Made by a program: the position numbers and the translations under genes. A stretch of DNA of 64,000 nt from a virus. Positions 37,922 through 47,600 of this stretch are shown piece by piece. The DNA lies in IMG/VR virus record IMGVR_UViG_3300030104_004245, positions 32,001 through 96,000 of that record; one strand, 5' to 3'. The notes beneath the pieces are model-generated. The model worked only from the letters and a program-made list of their open reading frames with translations. It was not told the DNA's origin and ran no database searches. Numbering within the stretch: the stretch's first letter is position 1; each line of letters opens with the position of its first letter.

Positions 37922-38980
37922 TTAAAGTATGATGTAGTTTATTCCAAACTTGAAATCATGCCAGTCCCTGTTCCAATATTTGTTGTATTTACCTTCAACA
38001 AAGACACCAAGGTTCTTATTTATCTTATATCCAAAGATTAATCCCCCTGAATAATCTATCCAATTGCCTCCATTGAAGTTATGGTATGAATAGTTTCCTC
38101 CAGTATTAAGATGATAAGGAAGTATGTTGGCCCATGAGTGTAGCCAGATCTTTTTAGTGTAATAGTAATAGTCTGCACCAATCACTACAGAGTGACACCA
38201 TTGCACCGGTAATGCATCTTTACTTGATTTAACATAGTCATTAAGAACTTGTGGTATAACAACCTCTTCCCAAATTTCTGAGCTTGTAGCTACAACAGCT
38301 CCACTAGGGTCATAATAACTTATTCCTGTTGGGTCAAACCCAATTGAATATCCTTCCTCTAAAGCAAGGCTTGTGTAATGTAGGTTCCCGTTGGATAACA
38401 CCCATTCTGCTAAAGGATCAAACCCATATGGTTCAGATATTCGTTGTGCAATTCCTGCAGTAAGTGATAATCTTTTTCCAAGTTTATGTCTGTATCGTTG
38501 AGACGCTTCCATGTATTCTACATCAGCAAAACCATCTTGTAAGTACTCTACCTTAACAACCCATTTGTCTGCTAAGTATCGTAAGAAATGATGTTGGTCT
38601 ATATATGTATTTCCAAACCTTCTTGAATAATCTGCTTCAAATAAAAACTCAAAACCTTTAGTTCGTCCTATTGTGGCTCCATCAGAATAAGATGATTCAG
38701 TTCCATCTTTAAAACTCTTAGCCTTGTTTTCGTATCCAAATCTCTGTATCTTTCTTATACCTAGGGTAAGTGCGTAATCAAAAGGAGTTTCTACTATATC
38801 TGTTTCTAAACCGTTAGTAACAGAATATACATCTACATCAGAAATGGATGTACCACCGTTAACTGCAGCATAAAATGTAGAAAACTTGAAAGTCTTTTTA
38901 AGTTCTTTCTTAAACTTACTTTCTTCTTGTGCGTTTATCGTAAATGATAGGAGTAATAGTATATAAAGCAGTGCTTTCAT
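37922..38980 (-). CDS. Putative outer-membrane beta-barrel protein
   Basis: Sec signal peptide ending INA/Q, alternating aromatic-rich strands, C-terminal FKFGINYIIL beta-signal-like strand. Confidence 0.7.
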   Translation of the reverse strand: MKALLYILLLLSFTINAQEESKFKKELKKTFKFSTFYAAVNGGTSISDVDVYSVTNGLETDIVETPFDYALTLGIRKIQRFGYENKAKSFKDGTESSYSDGATIGRTKGFEFLFEADYSRRFGNTYIDQHHFLRYLADKWVVKVEYLQDGFADVEYMEASQRYRHKLGKRLSLTAGIAQRISEPYGFDPLAEWVLSNGNLHYTSLALEEGYSIGFDPTGISYYDPSGAVVATSSEIWEEVVIPQVLNDYVKSSKDALPVQWCHSVVIGADYYYYTKKIWLHSWANILPYHLNTGGNYSYHNFNGGNWIDYSGGLIFGYKINKNLGVFVEGKYNKYWNRDWHDFKFGINYIIL

Positions 38981-41900
38981 TATAATTTGATTATCTTTTT
39001 AGTTATTCGTATTTTATCATATGTAATAATCAGATTATACATTCCGTTAGGGTAATCTGATAAATCTATTCTCTTTATATTGTCTATATTAATAATTTCT
39101 CCTATCATATTATATAGTTCTACATCAACATTTAATCTTGTTTCTATAGTAAATGTATTTGCTGTAGGATTAGGATAAACAGCTATATCACTACCTGATA
39201 ATTCATCTATATTAACAGGCCAACCATCTTCACAATAGTTATACATAGACTGACAAGTTTCATCCCATATAGAAGTACAACAATAACTATCTATATCTAT
39301 AACCCAAGCATAGCAAGGATCATTTAACCAATAAGGTTCACCCGGTCCACCATAACAACCAGCATCATAAAGACAAGTAGAATTATCTGGTAAATTAACC
39401 AAAGGATCATAGTTGTATGCATTAGGATCTGCACATCCTTCTATAACTTCAATACATGACCCATCATCATAACAGGCATTTATGTTATAATTTAATGCAG
39501 CTGAGTCAGTACAACCACTAACATAACAACACGGTACATCAGGATCTAAAGTATTTGCAGAAGCATCATAATTAAGAGCATCTGAATCAATACAACCATA
39601 TGCAAAGTCTATACAACTTTCATTATCTACATTAGCTAGTTCATTATAGTTAAAAGAATTAGGATCTGTACATCCATATACTGGATCAATACAACTAAAA
39701 TCATCTAAATTAGCCAGCTCATTATAATTAAGAGCATTTGGATCAGTACAACCTTCTATTATTTCTATACATGAATCATTGTCTGTATTAGCTAATTCAT
39801 TGTAATTTAACGCATTAGGATCTGTGCAACCGTATATATAATCTACACATGAAAAATCATCAACGTTTGCATTTTCATTATAATTTATAGCTGTACTGTC
39901 TGTGCAACCATAAACAATAGCAATACAAGAGCCATTATCTGTATTTGCTAGCTCATTATAGTTTAAAGCAGTACTATCAGTACATCCGTATACTATGTCT
40001 ATACAACTGCCATCTTCTACATTTGCATTTTCATTGTAATTAAGTGCTGCAGAATCTGTACATCCTGTTACTATTGCAATACATGACCCATTATCTGTGT
40101 TAGCGAATGCATCATAATTTAGTGCAGTAGAATCTGTACAACCAAATGTAACTGGTACACAAGAACCGTTATCTGTGTTAGCAGTTTCATCATAATTAAA
40201 CGCTACTGGATCTGTACATCCATAAACTATACCTATACAACTACCGTCATTATCAGTTGCTTCTGGATTGTAGTTAATAGCAGCTACACTAGTACAACCT
40301 AGTATTTCAAGCTCATCACATACTCCGTCTGCGTCAGCATCATTTATACATATATCACTACAGTTATAGTAATCATCAGGATAAGTACAACCTCCACTAT
40401 CTGCATTAGCATTAGCATTATAGTTACATGCATTAATATCTGTACATCCTAAGTATATACAATCACCACCATCTGTATTAGCATCCTCATTATAATTCCA
40501 AGCTATCTCATCCATACATCCAACAACTACAGCTTCACATGACCCATCATCATAGTTAGCTTCTTCGTCATAGTTGAAAGCTAATTCATTAGTACAACCC
40601 TCTATAATCTCTATACAACTACCGTCATCTGTATTAGCCTCTTCGTTATAGTTCAGTGCTGTAGCATCTAAACAACCTTCTACTGTAGGAATACAGAGTG
40701 TACCACAGAAAGGCATTGCTTGATATGTTTGAAAGAATGGAGGTTCAAAAGCTTGAAGTGCACCTTGACCATTATCTGCAAAAGGATTCCATCCTTCATA
40801 TAATAACACAGTCCCATTGTCATTAGTTAACTTAAATGAATTATGTAGTGTTTGAAAAGCCACTTCTTCTGGAGGAGTTTGTGCTCCACCTACTTCAAAG
40901 TAAAATATTTTTACAGGTTTATCTGTTTCTAACCAAATAGGAAAAGTTTGTTCATATTCTCCTGGACCCATTGTAAATGTCCATTGATTGTCACCTTGTA
41001 CAACTCCTAAGAATGAATTACCCCAACCATCAGCAGCTGCATCTCCTATCCACAGTTCATAGTTACAATTAGGATATATATCCATTGCTGTTGCATTCTC
41101 ATCATAGTTAAAGGCATTTTCATTTATACAACCGTATATATGCTCTGTAACACATGAGTAATCATCTATAACAGCTTCTGGATTAAATTCTTGATATGCT
41201 GGATCAGTACATCCTGCAACATCATCTGTCTCACATATAATAGCTTGTTGCCATCCTGAATAAGCTACACTACCAAAACCAACTCCTACATTTTCTTGTG
41301 CTGCATTTAACCAGGTTCCAGAAGATAGTTGAGTTATTGTATCTCCATTACAGCCTCTAATAAGAACATCTCCATCTAAGTTACCACCTGAAGTAGAACC
41401 TGCTAGTCCATCACCATATGTATCTGATATGATAAATTCAAATCCAGCTTCCATTACACAATAAGAATATGAAAATGTTTGACCTATATCTTGATAGTCA
41501 TAATCTCCATCAGCATGTTCATCTATTACACCACCACTAATTATTGACCATCCTGTTTCACCTGGCCAGTTATCTAGAGTTATATCTACTGTTATAGAAG
41601 TGTATCCTGCATCACATGCTTGACCTCCACAAGATCCGTCATCTACTGTAGCCCATGGATTATAATTAGGAGCATTATCATCTGTACATCCTTGTGTACA
41701 TGGATATGGTGTATGAAATAATGTATCTGACATAGTACTATCAGCAAACATTGCTTGGAATGAATATTCTTCTTCCCAGTTAGGAGGCATCTGACCATTA
41801 CCAGTATAAACACCCCATATACCATTGTCTATATCAACATCAAAGTTGTAAGAATTAGTATTTTCACCGCTATAAGTTATTTGAATTACATTACAATTAG

Positions 41901-42462
41901 GATTATCTGAAGCTTCCCAATTCCAATAAAGAAGTGCTTGACCACCATCACATATTTGATCTACAAAAGGCTCACCCCAACCTTCACATGGTGGATATTC
42001 ACACAAAGACTGATCATTTACATCAGCATCTGGGTTATAGTTTGTTGCGTTTTCATCCATACAATCAATTACTGCAGGCTCTGGAGGAGCACAGGGAGCA
42101 ATTGTAAGAGACTCAATTAAACCCATACCGTAATCACCTTCTACAAAAAATAAAGTGTCTTGACACTCATTAGTTATTAGACACCAACCATCTTCAGGAT
42201 ATGATAAACCATCACCCCATGAATCCATTAATTGAAATGTATAATCTCCTGAATTTAATTCTATAAATTCATATGCATTAGGTTGTCCTTCTGAATAAAA
42301 ACCTGTATCAACAGAAATAGTATCAGTAGAGCTATAAAAACCCCATGATACTTCTTCAGCATACCCATCAAATTGAAACTCCATTTCAATCCATGAGTCA
42401 TTAGATTGTGAGTACGCTATACTTGATAGCATACACACAATCAATATTATATACCTAGTCAT
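38980..42462 (-). CDS. T9SS type A sorting-domain protein with about 20 GCTD..A.NY...A..DDGSC repeats
   Basis: Signal peptide AYS/Q; C-terminal VYPNP...YNMIGE...IDLSDYPNGMY...KKIIKL. Confidence 0.85.
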   Translation of the reverse strand: MTRYIILIVCMLSSIAYSQSNDSWIEMEFQFDGYAEEVSWGFYSSTDTISVDTGFYSEGQPNAYEFIELNSGDYTFQLMDSWGDGLSYPEDGWCLITNECQDTLFFVEGDYGMGLIESLTIAPCAPPEPAVIDCMDENATNYNPDADVNDQSLCEYPPCEGWGEPFVDQICDGGQALLYWNWEASDNPNCNVIQITYSGENTNSYNFDVDIDNGIWGVYTGNGQMPPNWEEEYSFQAMFADSTMSDTLFHTPYPCTQGCTDDNAPNYNPWATVDDGSCGGQACDAGYTSITVDITLDNWPGETGWSIISGGVIDEHADGDYDYQDIGQTFSYSYCVMEAGFEFIISDTYGDGLAGSTSGGNLDGDVLIRGCNGDTITQLSSGTWLNAAQENVGVGFGSVAYSGWQQAIICETDDVAGCTDPAYQEFNPEAVIDDYSCVTEHIYGCINENAFNYDENATAMDIYPNCNYELWIGDAAADGWGNSFLGVVQGDNQWTFTMGPGEYEQTFPIWLETDKPVKIFYFEVGGAQTPPEEVAFQTLHNSFKLTNDNGTVLLYEGWNPFADNGQGALQAFEPPFFQTYQAMPFCGTLCIPTVEGCLDATALNYNEEANTDDGSCIEIIEGCTNELAFNYDEEANYDDGSCEAVVVGCMDEIAWNYNEDANTDGGDCIYLGCTDINACNYNANANADSGGCTYPDDYYNCSDICINDADADGVCDELEILGCTSVAAINYNPEATDNDGSCIGIVYGCTDPVAFNYDETANTDNGSCVPVTFGCTDSTALNYDAFANTDNGSCIAIVTGCTDSAALNYNENANVEDGSCIDIVYGCTDSTALNYNELANTDNGSCIAIVYGCTDSTAINYNENANVDDFSCVDYIYGCTDPNALNYNELANTDNDSCIEIIEGCTDPNALNYNELANLDDFSCIDPVYGCTDPNSFNYNELANVDNESCIDFAYGCIDSDALNYDASANTLDPDVPCCYVSGCTDSAALNYNINACYDDGSCIEVIEGCADPNAYNYDPLVNLPDNSTCLYDAGCYGGPGEPYWLNDPCYAWVIDIDSYCCTSIWDETCQSMYNYCEDGWPVNIDELSGSDIAVYPNPTANTFTIETRLNVDVELYNMIGEIINIDNIKRIDLSDYPNGMYNLIITYDKIRITKKIIKL

Positions 42463-42465
42463 GTC

Positions 42466-42831
42466 CTAAGTCTTAGCAAAGTAAGCGTATTCTACCAAAA
42501 CGTCATGTCCAGAACCGTGAACAGACATACCTGTACCTGCAGGCCATGGGAAAAAAGCAAACTCACCTGGTCCTAACTGCGCAACTTCTGTTCCAGCAGC
42601 AAGTTCAAGTGCAACAGAATTACTTCCATCTGTATTTTTAGCATATACATAAACTACAGGTGTAACTGTAGCTGGAAAAACTGCAACTGCAGCTGATGAT
42701 GTAGCTAAAACTGATCCTGAATTTACCAAAGGCTTGTTTACAGTAAGATCTTTGCTTAACGTTAAAGATAACGCTTCATTACTTACTGTATCTTGACTTC
42801 CTAAAGTTATAGTAGCTGTTAATGTAGCCAT
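42466..42831 (-). CDS. Small beta-rich putative virion protein, paralog 2 of 3
   Basis: YVYAKNTD...LGPGEFAFFPW...VEY. Confidence 0.75.
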   Translation of the reverse strand: MATLTATITLGSQDTVSNEALSLTLSKDLTVNKPLVNSGSVLATSSAAVAVFPATVTPVVYVYAKNTDGSNSVALELAAGTEVAQLGPGEFAFFPWPAGTGMSVHGSGHDVLVEYAYFAKT

Positions 42832-42877
42832 AATTTAATTCTTTTAAATATTAATATTAATTGTCAATAGGTTTTTT

Positions 42878-42967
42878 TTATTTTTTACAGCATGATTTAC
42901 CACACCATTTCATACATATAGTATTAAAACTAACTGTACATAATAATTTACATAATAATTTTTTCAT
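42878..42967 (-). CDS. 29 aa Cys-rich micropeptide (not in ORF track)
   Basis: MKKLLCKLLCTVSFNTICMKWCGKSCCKK; starts 1 nt after the thioredoxin-like stop. Confidence 0.55.
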   Translation of the reverse strand: MKKLLCKLLCTVSFNTICMKWCGKSCCKK

Positions 42968-42968
42968 T

Positions 42969-43337
42969 TTAAAATTTGTTTGCAACTAGTTTATCTATTT
43001 CTTTTTGAACTTTAACTGGAGTTTTTTCTGGACATAAACTAAAAGTTATATCTCCTTCAAACCTTTCTATTTCTTCTCCTTCATCAAATATAACAACTGT
43101 AGGCAATACAGTTACTTTATTTTTTTTAGCTGCATCTGTACTAAGATCTACTCTGTATACTTCTGCATCTGCTATATTCTCTAACCAAACACATTCATTT
43201 TTTGAATTCCAATCAGCCCAAAACTCTACAACAGTTACACCTTCTTGAGACATATCAAAATCTTTATCTGTGAGCATCTGCTGACCGTTACAAACTGCTG
43301 ATAAACAAAACAATAATGTTATCAAGAGCCATTTCAT
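42969..43337 (-). CDS. Exported thioredoxin-fold protein lacking CxxC
   Basis: Signal peptide; VVEFWADWN in place of WCxxC; VLPTVVIF..GEEIERFEG. Confidence 0.75.
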   Translation of the reverse strand: MKWLLITLLFCLSAVCNGQQMLTDKDFDMSQEGVTVVEFWADWNSKNECVWLENIADAEVYRVDLSTDAAKKNKVTVLPTVVIFDEGEEIERFEGDITFSLCPEKTPVKVQKEIDKLVANKF

Positions 43338-43615
43338 TTTAAGTCATCTATTTTATCCTCTATCCTAATTAAACGGTTTTCTAAAGAGTTTACTTTATCC
43401 TCAGTATTCTTTATAGAAAGTCTAATGTTTTCATCCTTCATCTGAAATTCCATTCTTGTTACTTCAGGATCAGGAGGCATTGGTAATTCTTTAGCTTCTG
43501 CTATATCAGCTTGTAGCATAAACCACATACTAATAATAGTAGTCATTCCAAAACCTATACCTATAAGAGTTTTAATACTAACTTTAAATCCAGTATCTTC
43601 ATTTAATTCTTTCAT
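43334..43615 (-). CDS. Single-TM + coiled-coil membrane protein
   Basis: TM segment then heptad tail; ATGA coupled to the thioredoxin-like gene. Confidence 0.7.
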   Translation of the reverse strand: MKELNEDTGFKVSIKTLIGIGFGMTTIISMWFMLQADIAEAKELPMPPDPEVTRMEFQMKDENIRLSIKNTEDKVNSLENRLIRIEDKIDDLK

Positions 43616-43627
43616 AATTTAAAAGAA

Positions 43628-43999
43628 TTAAGAAGTGAATATACCCCACTCTAATGTCATGTTAGCCTGAGAACCAAATACTGCAACATCACCTGTACCA
43701 GTCCATGGAATCCATGTAAATTCTCCTGCTTTTAATATTGATATAGCTGTACCATCTGGAATTTCAATAGTAATAGTATTACCACCTGTATCTTTATTTC
43801 TCATATAGATATATGCAGGTGTAGTATAATTTGCTGCTAGTGCTACTACTCTTGCTGTACCAGTGTTAACTGCAGTTGTTAAATCAATTGTAGAAACACC
43901 ACCAACACCAACAGTTAGAAGATTCTCTACTGTTATAGACATATCATCTGTTGTTACATTAGGACTAGTTAAAACTAGTTTTGCTGTTACGCTTGCCAT
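43628..43999 (-). CDS. Small beta-rich putative virion protein, paralog 3 of 3
   Basis: YIYMRNKD...LKAGEFTWIPW...LEW. Confidence 0.75.
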   Translation of the reverse strand: MASVTAKLVLTSPNVTTDDMSITVENLLTVGVGGVSTIDLTTAVNTGTARVVALAANYTTPAYIYMRNKDTGGNTITIEIPDGTAISILKAGEFTWIPWTGTGDVAVFGSQANMTLEWGIFTS

Positions 44000-44021
44000 A
44001 ATTTCAAAATTTATTAATTAA

Positions 44022-44543
44022 TTACTTTTTTCTTTTCTTATGAGATCCTCCATACTTTTTAGGGCTTGGTTTAGAATCTCCGTCTTGTTGTTTTTGAATC
44101 ATGGTTTTGTTATTTAGACTATTTATAAGATCTAATTTTTTCATTCTTGCTGCTAAAAGTTTTGTAGTATCTTTTAACAATTTATTTTCATCTTGGATAC
44201 CATCTAAAGCTTGCATTAATTCCATAGGGCTATGGTTTAACATCATTTCTTTTTTTGCATTTAATAAAGCATCTTTTCTTTGTTTAAACAGCATAGCTTT
44301 TTTTCTCATCATCATAGAATCCATCATAAGCTTTTTTTCAGCATCAGTTAATTCTTTTTGAGTCATATTAGAAGGCTTCATTGGACCAGATCTAGAACCA
44401 CCAGGTGCAGGAGAAGAACCTCCTTCTTGAAATTTAGGTTTACGCATTGGTCTTCCACCACCCATTGAATTACCAAATGCTCCACCTTCTTCATACATTC
44501 CTGGAACTGAGTGACCACCAAATTTATATTTTTTATATTTCAT
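44022..44543 (-). CDS. Met/Lys-rich protein with multiple GG tags
   Basis: KYKFGG, VPGMYEEGG, KFQEGG, KKYGG. Confidence 0.7.
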   Translation of the reverse strand: MKYKKYKFGGHSVPGMYEEGGAFGNSMGGGRPMRKPKFQEGGSSPAPGGSRSGPMKPSNMTQKELTDAEKKLMMDSMMMRKKAMLFKQRKDALLNAKKEMMLNHSPMELMQALDGIQDENKLLKDTTKLLAARMKKLDLINSLNNKTMIQKQQDGDSKPSPKKYGGSHKKRKK

Positions 44544-44620
44544 AATTAAAACCTTCTTATATTATAATATAGTAAATTTTCATAGGATTAACAACTGTTA
44601 ATAGAATTAATTAAACTATC

Positions 44621-47600
44621 CTACCATATGAATCCTATACCTGTTGCACTATCCTCTACATCATAACTATCAACACCCCAACCATGCATTGTGCCATATT
44701 CAGCTATAACGTCTGGATATTTAAAGTCTAAATAACTTTTTACTTGAGCCTCTTCTTCTTCATTTAAAGCTTTATTAAAAACTATAATCTCAAATATTCT
44801 ACTTTCAGTGTTTGCTGAGTTTGTACCCCAACCATATTTTGTAAATCCATTACCTCCTGATGAATTTGCTCCTATACTTACTCTAGGTTCTCCACTTACA
44901 ACACTGCCGGTTCCCAGTGTATTAAGACCTATTTTTATTTCAAAACTTCCACTATTTCTTTCTGATGTAGCAGTCATTTTATTTTGATTATGTGCATAAG
45001 TTTCCGTATAACCAGATCTAGGAACGTATCCATTTCCTACAGTATCAGTTACCCATATTGGCATACGTGCTCTTATATTACTGGGATCTGCTTCGGGACC
45101 ATTATTATGTGAGGTATAAATAACTCTATTACCAGAAGCAAGATAATTTGTTTGAACATGATTAAACCTAAAAGCATGATTTTTATTAGTACCCCCAAGT
45201 TCTGCATGATTAGAAATATCAAATGCAGGACCCCATATTCCATTAGAATTGGTAGCATGTCTATACGCAGACCACCATGAATGACAAACTGCATTTCCGC
45301 TCATATCATTACCTTCTATTCTAAATAAAGTTCTTGCACCTAATGTATTAGAATCAGAACCATCAATATCAAAAGAAGCTGCAGTAGCAATTATAAATAC
45401 AGTCATATTTTCCTGTTCTAAAATTAAATCAGAAAACTTATTGGTTGCTACACCTCCCCAATCTGTCATATTTCCATTGTTATTCATATGACCACCTATT
45501 AAACCCTTATTTTGAGTATTTGAATCCATATTTGGTTGAGTTGTATCTTGACAATCAATATAACCCAACCCTGCTCTTTTTCCACTAGTTAGTGTTCTAT
45601 ACGTAGGTTTATATTGATCTTGATCTGCTAGTGCGGGGAATCCAAAAGATCTTAAAAAAGATCCCATCTTATCTCCATTAGCATCACCTGGAGCTTTATT
45701 ATTTACTCTACCCACAAGCTGACCTGAAGTAGTAACAGGCGTTGAACCTAATACATCTTGAAATAAAGTTGATTTATCATTAAAATCCCACCAACCAACT
45801 AAGTTATCTATATTTGATAACCAGCCTGAAGCTCTAAATGGATATCTATATTTATTAGCAAGATAGTTAAACAACCAGTTTCTTTGACCAAATGTAAATC
45901 CTGATAGTCTTCTTCTTTCATGTCCAGTATTAAATGCTAATATTTCATATATTCTTCCAGGAAAAGTATTTACACCTGTTGTTATATCTGCACCTGAGCC
46001 AACATCTTTATTTGTAATTCTTCCACCAAAACTTATTTGTGGTCCATATGCAGAACCACTAGAAGTAGATCCTGTAGACCAATTAAGAATATGTTGAGGT
46101 AAAGTTCCTCTACAAACTACTTTTTGATTTACATATAAAGCAGTTGCTTTAGTACCTGGTCTAGCATCAAAAACAATCCAATAATAATGAGCTGCAGATA
46201 ACCATGAACAATTTGTACAATCTTCTTGAGTGAAAACTCCTACTGATGACATTTTTGTAAAGGCACCTAGATTACCAGCATTATCTCTTTCTTGAAATTT
46301 AACAACTAATTTTCCTGTATCCTTTTCTACATATAAAGTAAGAGTGACCTTACCTATATTAGTAATAGAAATCCATCTAGGAACATCTGCTTCAAAAATT
46401 ACCCAGTCTTCAGAAGGCATTGCTCCTGTTATAATTCTATTATCCGGCTTTACAACTACCGCAAAACTAAATTCATGAGATGTTTGATGTCTGCCTGAAC
46501 CACTAGTAAATTGTGTATATCTATTATATCCACCGGTACTATAATTTTCTCCTCCCCAAGTTAATATGTTATTGTTAATATCTCCTGATGCAACTCCTGT
46601 TCCAGCATAATCATCAAACATACCAGTAACCAAAATACCTTTTCCAGATGTTGTAACAGAAGGTAATTCTTTTTCACAATTTTGACATACTGTATATATA
46701 TTTGGAATTGAAGTTGTATTAGTATTTAAGGTAGGTCTATATCCAGCAGCATCTTTTTGTGCTCTAACAAAAGAACCAAGAGCATATTTAGTTTCCGCAG
46801 AAGCAGTTCCACCAGTATAACTAAACCCTGGAAAAGAATCAAAATTTGGAGCAATCCTCCAATAATGTGGAGATCTTTGAAAAGGACTTTTACTGTTTCC
46901 AGCTTTATTAAAACAATAAGCAATTGAACTTCCATGATCATCTTGGTCTACATATCCTGCACAAGTCTCAGGACCTTGACCTGCTCCTGGAGCACATGTT
47001 GTATCAACAGTTTTCCATAAAGTATTTAAATCAGTAAAGTCATACCACATTAAACAATTTCCCCATGAATTAGGATTTAAACCTCCAGTTCCTACATCCC
47101 AACATCCATTTTGTTCACTTCGCAATTTTACAGAATTTGATGCTGTAAACCATGTTCCATTTGATCTATATTTTTCTTGAAAGTATAAGTTAAATTGCTC
47201 TAATTCACCCTTACTTAATGTTCTATCTATTACAATAATTTCGTATATGACTTCTTGTGCGTTTGTTTCTTGATCTTGTGTGCTACATGTATTATTTGCA
47301 CAAGCAGATCCTATATTAAGCCATCCTGCTTCATAATTAAAGTTAAGAGGTGTTCCTATACTTTTTTTATTTCCTAATGCTTCTTTACTTTGTGAATATA
47401 ATTTTAAATAATGTGTTTTAAAACCACCTTCATAAGTTGTAGCAGGATGATCTTCTTCCCCTTCCATAATAGTATGAACCATTATTGCATTTCCAAGATC
47501 ATATTTTTTATCATTTACAAGTTCACTATTAGCACCAAGATGTGCATCTCTAACAGAAAGAATATTATCTTGATCAGGATCAGCGGTTTTTGTATTATTA

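Noticed and set aside
39380-40690. Regularly spaced 78 nt repeats resembling a CRISPR array or DGR
   Set aside because: They are degenerate in-frame protein repeats (GCTD...DDGSC); no identical DNA repeat with unique spacers, no cas genes and no reverse transcriptase
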